Source: Pirellulales bacterium
GTDB lineage: Bacteria > Planctomycetota > Planctomycetia > Pirellulales > JALHPA01
Length of the DNA stretch: 64,000 bases
NCBI GenBank assembly: GCA_963829655.1
Contig: CAWHJG010000002.1
Span: 4,290,523 to 4,354,522, forward strand
Direction of reading: 5' to 3'
Under the pieces are notes generated by a model. The model saw only the letters and a list, made by a program, of their open reading frames with translations, was not told the origin of the DNA and made no database searches. The position numbers and the translations under genes were made by a program. Below, in pieces: positions 54,557 through 64,000 of the stretch; the first letter of the stretch is position 1; each line of letters opens with the position of its first letter.

Positions 54557-56017
54557 TTATTGGATCGCACTTTCTAATTGGCGGTGTTCGTCGGGCTCGC
54601 GAAACTTCGCGTCGGCATGAATGCGACGGGACATGGTGAGGTTCAGCAGAGGCCCTGTCGCGGCGGTCGTTACGAGCGCCATGATGACCAGGATCGTAAA
54701 CATTTGCGGTGGAATGAGGCCGCATTCCAGCCCGATGTTGGCGATGACGATTTCCATCAGCCCGCGAGTATTCATGAGCGCACCGAGCGAGAATGCGTCG
54801 TTCCAGGCGAGGCCTGCCATGCGGGCGGGGATCACCGTACCGATCAGCTTGCCAGCGGTGGCGACGACGATGACGAGTATGCAGATCAGCCAACCGTCCC
54901 ATCCATGCAACAGGCCAAATTCAGTGCGCATGCCGCTAGTCACAAAAAACGCAGGCATCAATACCCAGGCAGTCAGATCGTCGAGCCTGGTTCCGAGGTG
55001 GCTGCTCAATTGCGCACCGCGGGGAAGGCAAAGGCCAAACAAAAACGCTCCGAAGAAGGCGTGAACGCCGATCCATTCGGCGGCAAGCGCCGAGCAAGAA
55101 CAAGCCGATGATCAATGTGGGCAGGATGGCTTGCCGGCCGTTGGCCGTCAGACGATGGATCAAGGGCCGCACCACCATCCACATGAGTACGCAGAACCCG
55201 AAAGTAGCCGCGAGTGTTTCAATGCCGGCGGTGAAACGTGAATTTGCAATGCCTAGCACCACGGCGAGCAAGGTCCAGGCGGTGATGTCGTCGGCGGCCG
55301 CACAGGCGAGGGCCATCACGCCTAGATCGGTAGATTGAAGCTTCCGATCGCGAAGGATCCGCGTCAGAACGGGGAAAGCCGTGACTGACATCGCCAGGCC
55401 CATGAACAGCGCAAACGGCAGGAACTGAACGGAGCCGGAATAGAATGCAGGGTAGAGGAATAGCGCGAGGGTTGTACCGCCGAGGAAAGGCCAGCAAATG
55501 CTGGTGTGTGACACCAGAAAGGCGATATGGGTTTTTCGACGGATGAGCTTAAAATCGAATTCGAGACCCACGAGAAACATGAACAGGATCAGGCCGAGTT
55601 GGCCGATGGATTCCAAGAGGGATAACGTGGCGTGAGGAAAAAGCTGAGCGGAGACATTTGCGCACAGAGCCCCTAGCAGCGACGGCCCGAGGGCGATGCC
55701 GGCGACGACTTCACCGAGCACTTTTGGCTGTCCGAGGCGCACGAACAGGCGCCGCAGATTTGACTGGCAATGAGGATCAGCGTGAGGGAGACCAGGAGGC
55801 GAAGCAGAGGCTGGGGCTCATCGGCCAGGTGGAGATTGGGCAAAGAAGACGTTGTGCCGCTGAAGAAGCGTGTGCCGAGGTAGCATGTGGTCGCGGCAAG
55901 CAGGAGCGGACCGCCGACCGCGAAAGTGTAAGCGGCTATATGATCGCTTACGTCCCGCCAGACCCGGCGAAGCGCCCTTTCGCCCCTCGCGGACTTGGAC
56001 ATGACGTGGTTTCTCAA
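54557..56017 (-). CDS. Cation:proton antiporter (CPA2/Kef-like), frameshifted
   Basis: GQPKVLGEVVAGIALGPS, MFLVGLE, SVTAFPVLTRIL, AAADD, LMNTRGLME. Confidence 0.88.
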
Positions 56018-56054
56018 ATGGGGGTTAGAGACGGCCGCCGCTAACCGTAGCGAA

Positions 56055-56918
56055 CTAGATTCGTTCCGAGACGAAGGTGGCGAGCACTTGGAGGCTGCGT
56101 GCGTTTGTTCCTAGAGGCGTTAGTGCCGCGCAGGCGGCTGTGACAAGTCGAGCCACGTCGGCACGGCTCTGCTGTTCTCCGACGAGATTAGGATAGGTGA
56201 GCTTACCCCAATCGCCCTTTTTCTTTGTCGCAGCCCCGCGACCGTCCTCGCGGACATCCAGCAAGTCATCGGTAATCTGGAACGCGAGACCGAGGTTGAA
56301 ACCGAACTCTCGCAGCGCATCCAGTTCCGACTGTGATGCGCCAGCCACAAGTCCGCCGAGTCTCAACGAAGCCAGAAAAAGTGCACCGGTCTTGCGGTTG
56401 TGAATGGATGTCACCAATTCGGCAGAGCCCGAGACGAGTTGTTCGCGAATGTCGTCGCACTGACCGCCAACGAGCGCGGTCGGTCCGGCCGCGGCCGCGA
56501 GGGTTGCACAACATGCTACGGCCGTTTCCGCCGGTGTTACGTATTTGGCGAGTATTTCGAAGGCCAAAGCTTGAAGTGCGTCGCCGGCCAGGATGGCGAC
56601 GCCATCTCCAAATTTCTTGTGGCAGGTGGGCCGACCGCGACGTGAGTCATCGTTATCCATCGAAGGCAAATCGTCGTGGATCAACGAGTAGGTATGGATC
56701 ATTTCCACGGCGAAGGCGGCGGGCACTGCCATATCTGCGTTTCCACCACAGGCTTCGCTAGCGAGCATGACCAACATGGGGCGCAGGCGTTTACCGGGCG
56801 TTAGCAGGCTGTAGCGGATTGCTTTGCGCAGACTTTCCGGGCAATCGGAGGAGAATTGCGTGTAGTTATCCAATGCGGATTCGATCAGCCGCTGTTTGTG
56901 CCAACGGAGTCGTTGCAA
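56055..56918 (-). CDS. ispA: Short-chain polyprenyl diphosphate synthase (FPP synthase-like)
   Basis: GKRLRP, YSLIHDDLPSMD (FARM), RRGRPT, FQITDDLLD (SARM). Confidence 0.88.
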   Translation of the reverse strand: MQRLRWHKQRLIESALDNYTQFSSDCPESLRKAIRYSLLTPGKRLRPMLVMLASEACGGNADMAVPAAFAVEMIHTYSLIHDDLPSMDNDDSRRGRPTCHKKFGDGVAILAGDALQALAFEILAKYVTPAETAVACCATLAAAAGPTALVGGQCDDIREQLVSGSAELVTSIHNRKTGALFLASLRLGGLVAGASQSELDALREFGFNLGLAFQITDDLLDVREDGRGAATKKKGDWGKLTYPNLVGEQQSRADVARLVTAACAALTPLGTNARSLQVLATFVSERI

Positions 56919-56979
56919 CGTTGAACGGGCGGTAAAACCGACGCAGTTCCATCCGTCGAAAGAGTGACAGAAACGTTAT

Positions 56980-58622
56980 TCATGTTAAACCCGCGTAGGT
57001 CGTGCGAACGTTGTCAGGGCACGAGTATCGAGCCCAGGAGAGTAATTCAGCAATCAGCACTTGTATCGACGACACTCCATTGATCACGGGGACAACGACC
57101 CCATCGTGTTCATCCTGAAGTTCGTCGCGGAGCGATTGAGCGCGGTTGGTGAGCGCGTCGGCGGTTCGTAAAAGCTCCGGGCGTGAATCGAACGGGTTTT
57201 CGACAGGCTGATGCACGTTGACATAGTTCTGGATCCACCGGAGAAAGCTGCCTCTGCTGACGAGTCCGACCGGACGGTTGTTCTCGACAATCACCACTCG
57301 ATGGAGCTGTACACGGCAGAGAAACTGGAAAATCAGTTCGGCGGGGGTGTCAGGCTCGTAATGAATGACGCGGGGGGTCATCACCTCCGCCAGGGGAGCG
57401 TTCCAGCCGTCGGCATGTCCAAGCGCCTCCATGATATCTTTTTCAGAAATAACACCCGCAAGCGAGCCATCACGATGTGTAACAGGCGCAGAGCTGATTT
57501 GCTTTGTGAGGAACACCTGTGCTGCAGTGGCTACCGAGACGTGCGCTTCCAACGCGGTAATCGGGGCAGTCATGATTTCGCGTGCGCAGTCCCTGGAAAA
57601 TGGCGGCATACGTTTGGACGCGGGGCGCGGTCGCCAGATCCTGGTCGAGCTCCGTCGATCGCACTATCCGATCTCGGCCGGCCAGCTTGGCCGCTCGAAG
57701 CGCTTCATCCGCCTTTTGCACAAGGTCTTGTTGGCGAAAGATAGCAGTTCTTCGGCTGGCTACACCGAGGCTGGCAGTAAAGCGAAGCTCATGTGAACCG
57801 ACGGGCAAAGTGCTGGCGGCAACGACTTGTCGAAGTTGATCGGCCCAGGCGCAGGCCGGCTTCGTCAGTATTGGGTAAGAGAAAGCAGAATTCCTCACCG
57901 CCGTACCGTGCCACAACATCTCCGGGGCGAGCATAACGGCTGAGCAGGTCGGCAATCAGCATCAGGGCCTGGTCGCCTACGGCGTGGCCGTAGATGTCGT
58001 TGATCATTTTGAAGTAATCGATGTCGAGCATGACGCAAGCGAGGGGCTGTTCTTCGCGGAGGGAGTACGCCCACTCGCGGCGGAGGTGTTCTTCGAATGA
58101 CCGGCGGTTAAGCAGGCCGGTGAGAACATCGGCGCGAGATCAGCCAGCGCTCGGTTAGGGCTGCCGCACATTGGCGGACTTCGACATTCTCGAACGGTTT
58201 GCGAAGAATTAGGAATCGATCGGTGCGGCCCAATTGGGCAACGATGTCATCCCAGGAGTAATCGGAGTAGGCAGAGCAAAGGACAATCAGGATTTCGGGA
58301 TCGATGGACCAGATTTCGCGCACGGTCTGGATTCCATCCCACCCTGGCGGCATGCGAATGTCGACGAAAGCAACCGCATATGGCCGTCCTTCGGCGAGCG
58401 ATTTTTCGACCATCGCGAAAGCATCTTGCCCCTGGAAGGCGGAATCGACCTCGTAAAACTCGGCTCCCTCAAAGTCTTTGGCACATCACCGAAGAGCTGC
58501 GATTCAACACCGGTTAGCGCGGCGAGGCAGGGCCGAACGGGACAGATGATCTTTCGGTAATCGTCGTGGATGGCCTCCTGATCGTCGATGATCAAGATGC
58601 GTCTCTTGTTTATGGCTGCCAT
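56980..58622 (-). CDS. REC-GGDEF-CBS-CBS diguanylate cyclase (frameshifted)
   Basis: ILIIDDQ, AFVDIRMPPGWDG, DVLTGLLNRR, LDIDYFKMINDIYGH, RYGGEEF, tandem CBS. Confidence 0.85.
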
Positions 58623-58977
58623 GTGCCAAATCCGGGGCTAGTGGTCCCACATAACGTTCAAAGTTATGTAGCTTTTTCGGTGCGAAGTTCAAGCCGCATC
58701 GCCGGCACTCGCGGGTCGATCGGTACGACCGTTTCTCCCAGCAGGACCACGTTGCACAGGTCGGCTAGCTGAATTACCACGGATTCGCCGGCGCTGATCA
58801 CAACCGGCCGCGGCGCCTCGCGGCGACGCAAGAATCATGCGGTCGCGAGTGTTTGACAGTGTTGGTGGCCGCCATAGAGTAGCTGGGGGAGTCCCCTTGC
58901 ACTTATGTGCATTTTTGGTTCGGAATCCACTACGCGCCTGACAAACGGACATCTGCCCCGGAAGCGGAAGGTTACCA

Positions 58978-59403
58978 ATGCCTGATATCTTCTTGACCGG
59001 ACTTGACGCGGGCAGCGCGCAGGCGTGTCAACTCGCCGACGACCTCTGTGAGCTTGATACGCTCCTGACACGGTGCATGGACGACGCCGCGTTAGCATCA
59101 AATTTGCTCAAGAGGTTTGATGCGCGGCTCGCAGCGGTGGTGAACGAAATCTGTCACCTCGTGGCGGAAACCAAATGGTCAGATGCGATCAGGCGAGTTC
59201 ATTCGTTGAAGGGCGAGGCCGGTAGCCTGGCAACGACGCGACTGCAGAAGTCGGTTGCTGAACTGGAACAATGCCTTCGCATTGGTCGATGGAGCGAGAT
59301 CTCGCCGACTGTTGCCGAGATGGAATCGAGTTGCGAGCAGTTTCGACTGGCACTTCCATCGCTCTTGGAGCGGCTCGCCAAATCTGCCAACGACAAGGCC
59401 TAA
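58978..59403 (+). CDS. Hpt phosphotransfer protein
   Basis: VHSLKGEAGSL. Confidence 0.85.
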   Translation: MPDIFLTGLDAGSAQACQLADDLCELDTLLTRCMDDAALASNLLKRFDARLAAVVNEICHLVAETKWSDAIRRVHSLKGEAGSLATTRLQKSVAELEQCLRIGRWSEISPTVAEMESSCEQFRLALPSLLERLAKSANDKA

Positions 59404-59414
59404 CGTCTTCGCTC

Positions 59415-60491
59415 ATGCGCATCCTCATTGTGGACGACAGCGATATCGCACTTGACCTGCTCGAGAAGCCTCTCGTGCAAGCGGGGCATACGGTGGATCG
59501 AGCCACCGACGGCGATAAGGCTTTGGCATGGCTTTGCAAGGGGGTGCATCGGCTCGTGATCTCCGATTGGGACATGCCGGGAATGGACGGGCTCTCGCTG
59601 TGCCGCAAAGTGCGGGCGCTTTCGTCAACGTACATCTATTTCATTTTGGTGACGAGTCACAACAAGCCCGCCGACATTGTCATGGGCATGTCCACCGGGG
59701 CGGACGATTTTATCAGCAAGCCGTTCAATCCAGCCGAGCTGTTGGTTCGCGTGCGGGCGGGAGAACGAGTGTTGTCACTGGAATCGCGAGATATCGCGAT
59801 TTTTGCGATGGCGAAGTTAACTGAATCGCGCGACCAGGAAACCGGTCAACACTTGGAGCGCGTGCGGAGCTTTGCGCAGTTGCTCGCGCGGCGAATGATG
59901 GAGTGGCCAAAATTCCGCGGTGTGATCGACGATAAGACGGTTCGCTTGATCTATGAGACCAGCCCGCTACATGACATCGGCAAGGTGGGAATTCCAGACC
60001 ACATTCTGCGCAAACCTGGAAAACTCACGGAAGCGGAAATGGCGATCATGCGAACGCACACAACTCTGGGAAAAGAGACGCTGGATTCGGCGTTACAGAA
60101 GTACCCCGATGCGGAGTTTTTGCGGTTTGCGCGGGACATTGTCGCTTGTCATCACGAACGCTGGGACGGAGCTGGATATCCGAATCGATTGGCGGGCGAA
60201 TCGATTCCACTGTGTGCTCGGATCGTGTCGGTGGCCGACGTTTACGATGCGTTGACCTCCGACCGCGTTTATCGGCGCGCCATGTCACCGGACGAGGCAC
60301 GACAAATCATTATCGACGGCTCAGGAAGTCAGTTTGATCCGGACGTCGTTGCGGCGTTCGTGGAATTGACGGCCGAGTTCGAGGAAATTCATAGTTCATT
60401 GGGAAACTCATCTGTCCCCGCGGGCACATCAGCCGCGGCGCCAATCGCGTCGTCGAGCGCAAGCTTCGCGCCTCAACTGGCGTCTGGATAA
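59415..60491 (+). CDS. REC-HD-GYP c-di-GMP phosphodiesterase (RpfG-like)
   Basis: ILIVDDS, SDWDMPGMDG, ETGQHLERV, LHDIGKVG, HHERWDGAGYP. Confidence 0.92.
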   Translation: MRILIVDDSDIALDLLEKPLVQAGHTVDRATDGDKALAWLCKGVHRLVISDWDMPGMDGLSLCRKVRALSSTYIYFILVTSHNKPADIVMGMSTGADDFISKPFNPAELLVRVRAGERVLSLESRDIAIFAMAKLTESRDQETGQHLERVRSFAQLLARRMMEWPKFRGVIDDKTVRLIYETSPLHDIGKVGIPDHILRKPGKLTEAEMAIMRTHTTLGKETLDSALQKYPDAEFLRFARDIVACHHERWDGAGYPNRLAGESIPLCARIVSVADVYDALTSDRVYRRAMSPDEARQIIIDGSGSQFDPDVVAAFVELTAEFEEIHSSLGNSSVPAGTSAAAPIASSSASFAPQLASG

Positions 60492-60501
60492 AGGTTGTTG
60501 C

Positions 60502-61425
60502 ATGAAAATCGTGCTCGCACGCCCGCGCGGATTTTGCGCCGGCGTAAACATGGCTGTGACGGCGCTGGAAAGCGCGCTTGAGATTTTTGGATCGCCTTTG
60601 TATGTGTATCACGAGATCGTGCACAACAAGCATATTGTGGACCGATTTAGGGACCAAGGTGTGTTGTTCGTGGACGACATCGAGTCCGTTCCGCGCGGTG
60701 CGCGCGTGATGTACAGCGCGCATGGGGTTTCGCCATTAGTGCAAACTGCCGCGGCGCAGCGGCAGCTCGAAGTGATCGATGCCACTTGCCCGTTAGTGCG
60801 GAAGGTGCATTGGCAGGCGGGGCGCTTTGCCGAGCAGGGTTACACGATTGTCCTGGTCGGTCATCGCGGCCATGATGAGGTGGTCGGCGTTCTCGGAGAA
60901 GCGCCCGAGCAAATGATCCTAGTGGAATCGGTCGAAGATGTGAATGCGCTGGCGATTCCCGCAGGACAAAAGATCGCATTTCTTACGCAAACGACTCTCA
61001 GCGTGGACGAAGCCAACGTGATCATCGGACGGCTCAAGGAGCGATACCCAGATTGCGTGGGCTCGCCCAAGGAAGATATTTGCTACGCGACACAGAATCG
61101 CCAGGAGTCGCTGAAAGCCGTGCTGGACGATGTGGACGCCGTGTTGGTCGTCGGCAGCGAAAACAGTTCGAACAGCAAGCGACTGGCGGAAATTGCCGCG
61201 GAACATTCCATTCCCACCTATTTAATCGATGGACCCTCTGACATTGACCCCGGGTGGTTTCACGGCGACGAGGTCGTGGCAGTTACCGCGGGGGCCAGTG
61301 CGCCGGAGGACCTCGTTGAGGGCTGCCTCGATCTTTTGCGGCGAAGGTTTGGCGCCGTGGTCGAGGAACGTGCGACCCGAGAAGAAAACGTTGTATTTCC
61401 GCTGCCGCTGGAGTTGCGCCCGTGA
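60502..61425 (+). CDS. ispH: 4-hydroxy-3-methylbut-2-enyl diphosphate reductase
   Basis: PRGFCAGV, IVHN, SAHG, DATCPLV, DICYATQNRQ, NSSNS, TAGASAP. Confidence 0.95.
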   Translation: MKIVLARPRGFCAGVNMAVTALESALEIFGSPLYVYHEIVHNKHIVDRFRDQGVLFVDDIESVPRGARVMYSAHGVSPLVQTAAAQRQLEVIDATCPLVRKVHWQAGRFAEQGYTIVLVGHRGHDEVVGVLGEAPEQMILVESVEDVNALAIPAGQKIAFLTQTTLSVDEANVIIGRLKERYPDCVGSPKEDICYATQNRQESLKAVLDDVDAVLVVGSENSSNSKRLAEIAAEHSIPTYLIDGPSDIDPGWFHGDEVVAVTAGASAPEDLVEGCLDLLRRRFGAVVEERATREENVVFPLPLELRP

Positions 61426-61510
61426 TGCCGCAACCGGTTTTGTGATCGCCGATTCGAGCGATCCTTTTAGCGCACTATTTGCCACCGGGGCCGCACGATT
61501 TGGCGCCGCA

Positions 61511-62788
61511 TTAGTACGGGATCATCAGGCTGAACGAGATCCAATGCGCTTCGGCGTCGAACGTGCTGTTGTCGAAGTCGCCGCCGATGATGTCGCTCGT
61601 TCCAACCTGTCGTTCCGGTGCGAACGAGTACTGATAGGCCAGGTTGAGCGAGGCGTCGTCGTACCACCTGGTGACGCCTACGCTAAACGCGTGCTCCAGC
61701 ACGCCATCTAACAACGGCGTCAGGGTGGCGTCTGGCGCTGGGCTTTCGTGATACACGTAGCCGGCCCGCCACGTCGTCACGTCGGAGGAATCCCATTCGT
61801 AACCCAGGCGGAGTGATACCGAATCGTCCCACCCGACCGGAAACGTATCGCGCACTTCCGGTCCGACGACGGCCGCCACTACCGGGTTCGATGGATTGCG
61901 AAATACAAGATCCAATTGGTCAAAAGCGTGCGACCAGTCGAACCAGATCACATCCACGCCGATCCGTCGGCAGCAGCAGAGCTCGTGCTTGAGGCCGACG
62001 CCGAGCGAGCGCGGCCAGACCAGATCGAGCTGCGTATCGAAGTCCGAGGCCAAGGGACCCAACGGCGTCAGCAACGTCACTCGCGAACTGCCGTCAAAGA
62101 CGAACCGCGATTCCTCGGTGTACGCTACACCGAGTGTTGTGGCGGGTGTGATTTGATATTGCAGGCCGATTCCGCCTGTCGGTGTTGCGCCAGTGGCTTG
62201 AAGATCCAAAAGCGTTAGCGCGCCGGCCAAAGGCCCGGTTTGAACGTAAAACGGCGCTTCGAGCTCCGCTTGTCCAATTGCGACGCCTAAGGTGGCGCCG
62301 ATCGACAATCGATCGGTGACTTGGTAGGCAAGACCGGGCAGGACTTTACCGAGCACCCCAAGTGACTTATAGCGGGTCTGTCCAAAATGAGGGTTGACCA
62401 GGTCGAATTCCGCGCTGAAACCAGCCGGAGCGTAGACGCCGAGTCCCCATGCGAGGGGGCTATCGGGCGAGCGTCGAACATAGCCGACCATACCGGAGGG
62501 AAATCCCTTCACCTCGCCATCGGCATCGTTGTCCGGATCGGAGTAATGTAAGTCGCAAATAACGGTGTCAACACCCAGGTCCAAGAAACCGCAGCCCGGT
62601 GCGTTGGTCATTGCGGCCGGGTTGTCCAAAATGATCGCGCCGTTATCGGCAAAAGCGATATTCGTGCCTCCGCGCCCGGTGGAGATCGCGCCGACCGCAT
62701 CGCGCACGACCCCATCGGCGCGAACTTCGGCCGCCACGATGGCTAACGCAAATGCAAGCAGACACGGAAGCGGGGCGAATCGATGCAT
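61511..62788 (-). CDS. OmpP1/FadL-family outer-membrane channel
   Basis: Signal peptide, GRGGTNIA..D....DNPAAM hatch motif, amphipathic beta-strands. Confidence 0.85.
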   Translation of the reverse strand: MHRFAPLPCLLAFALAIVAAEVRADGVVRDAVGAISTGRGGTNIAFADNGAIILDNPAAMTNAPGCGFLDLGVDTVICDLHYSDPDNDADGEVKGFPSGMVGYVRRSPDSPLAWGLGVYAPAGFSAEFDLVNPHFGQTRYKSLGVLGKVLPGLAYQVTDRLSIGATLGVAIGQAELEAPFYVQTGPLAGALTLLDLQATGATPTGGIGLQYQITPATTLGVAYTEESRFVFDGSSRVTLLTPLGPLASDFDTQLDLVWPRSLGVGLKHELCCCRRIGVDVIWFDWSHAFDQLDLVFRNPSNPVVAAVVGPEVRDTFPVGWDDSVSLRLGYEWDSSDVTTWRAGYVYHESPAPDATLTPLLDGVLEHAFSVGVTRWYDDASLNLAYQYSFAPERQVGTSDIIGGDFDNSTFDAEAHWISFSLMIPY

Positions 62789-63297
62789 GCAGCGTGCTCA
62801 AGTGGGAGAAGTAAGTTTGTGCCAGATCGGGCGCTAGCGATTTAAGGCCCAGAATGATTCGTCCTAGAAAATAGGGAATCTTGGCCAAAATAGGTCGAGC
62901 CGGCAAAGCAGGAATAATCGGTATGCGGTTGGTGGAGCGCGGGCCGTAAATTCTCTAGCGGTGGTCTGCCAGGTTGCTAGCGGAAGCTGGCTGCCGGTTA
63001 AGAGTCAATTAACGACCACGGCCCAAAGGTGAGCGGCCCTATTACGCCGCTGCTCGATACTTTCCCCCTCGCTGCAGGACGGGAGCGGCCTAGCGTCTGA
63101 GCCCGCAAGGATGCTTGCGTCGATCCCTTGGTAGATAGGCAAGGCAGAGAAACCCTGCGGCGATTAACGGTTGAACTTCAGGTGTCGATTGTACTACCCG
63201 ATCTCAACATTGAGATTTGTAACGGACGTAACACCAAGTTTTGGAAACCCTGACCATAACGGCCGCGCACTGACGCGGGACGAACGTGAACAACGGA

Positions 63298-64000
63298 ATG
63301 AAGTCTACGCGGTTGTTATTGGTGGTGTTCATGCTGACGTCGTGCACTGCCGACGCCAGAGCTCAGCAGTCGCAGCATTCGATCGAGCATGCTTCAGCTG
63401 GCTACGAACCGGGTCTGTCGGGCGGGACGCCCACGGTGGGTTGCAACTCGGGCTGCGATTCCGGGTGCACCCCTTGTGAGGACGAGTGCAATTCGAGCCG
63501 CCGATCCTGTTTTTTTGCGGGGGCCGAGTATTTGCATCTGCGCACTCACTTTAGCGAGGCCGTTGCGTTCGCCACGGTAACAGACTCACTCTCGAATCAG
63601 GGCTTCAACCGGCAAGTGGTGGCACATGAGCTGGACTTCGACTATGAAAATTCGTTTCGCGTGTTTCTCGGATACCATCTGAACGAATGCTGCGACGTGC
63701 GATTCTCGTACTGGCAGTTGGACACAGAGACGTTTGTTACTGGCACCGCAGGAGTTGGCCAAACGATCGTTGACCCGTTTGGAAATCTGGGATTGGGTGG
63801 TTCAAGCATCAACACGACGGCATCAGTCAATATGGAGGTGTACGACATCGAGTTCCAACGACCGGTTGACTTTAGCTGCGGTGGTATCGGCTTCCTGTAT
63901 TCCGCAGGCGTTCGGTTCGCCGATGTGGATCAGTTTTATGGCTCGACCATCACCGGAGCGGCTAGTGCCGTCACCAGCGATGGACGGTTTGACGTGGATT
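63298..64000 (+). CDS. Outer-membrane beta-barrel protein (BBP7/Lpg1974-like), partial and frameshifted
   Basis: Signal peptide, Cys-rich linker, FFAGAEYLHLR, FDYENSFRVFLGY, VYDIEF, AGVRFADVDQ. Confidence 0.7.
   Translation, partial: MKSTRLLLVVFMLTSCTADARAQQSQHSIEHASAGYEPGLSGGTPTVGCNSGCDSGCTPCEDECNSSRRSCFFAGAEYLHLRTHFSEAVAFATVTDSLSNQGFNRQVVAHELDFDYENSFRVFLGYHLNECCDVRFSYWQLDTETFVTGTAGVGQTIVDPFGNLGLGGSSINTTASVNMEVYDIEFQRPVDFSCGGIGFLYSAGVRFADVDQFYGSTITGAASAVTSDGRFDVD

Overview
GC-rich bacterial DNA that looks planctomycetal (Pirellulales-like): PEP-CTERM proteins, a TIGR02999-type ECF sigma next to a Ser/Thr kinase, an LExRxLxA export motif and 'RFSLRTL' small membrane proteins. Many genes carry 1-2 nt frameshifts, most likely long-read indel errors. 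Positions ~1-54440 look like an integrative island. It runs from a tyrosine integrase at the left edge to the 5' half of a tRNA-Phe(GAA) gene, cut just after the anticodon loop (54438-54477). Its cargo is a patchwork of intact genes and abruptly truncated or chimeric fragments: three ECF modules, an NdvB-like glucan synthase, LigD ligase, xth, ars genes, crcB and several PEP-CTERM proteins. The standout is a ~7.2 kb reading frame (19376-26547, ~2390 aa after repairing two frameshifts) that chains FIVE complete secreted PEP-CTERM proteins. Each junction reads PEP motif, TM helix, basic cluster, new signal peptide, with no stop codon. This suggests a bacterial surface-protein polyprotein cut apart by exosortase and signal peptidase. 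Right of the tRNA fragment is a divergent locus coupling c-di-GMP enzymes (REC-GGDEF-CBS; Hpt plus REC-HD-GYP) to isoprenoid genes (ispA-like, ispH), next to a FadL-type channel. All calls come from reading motifs by eye; no database search was run.
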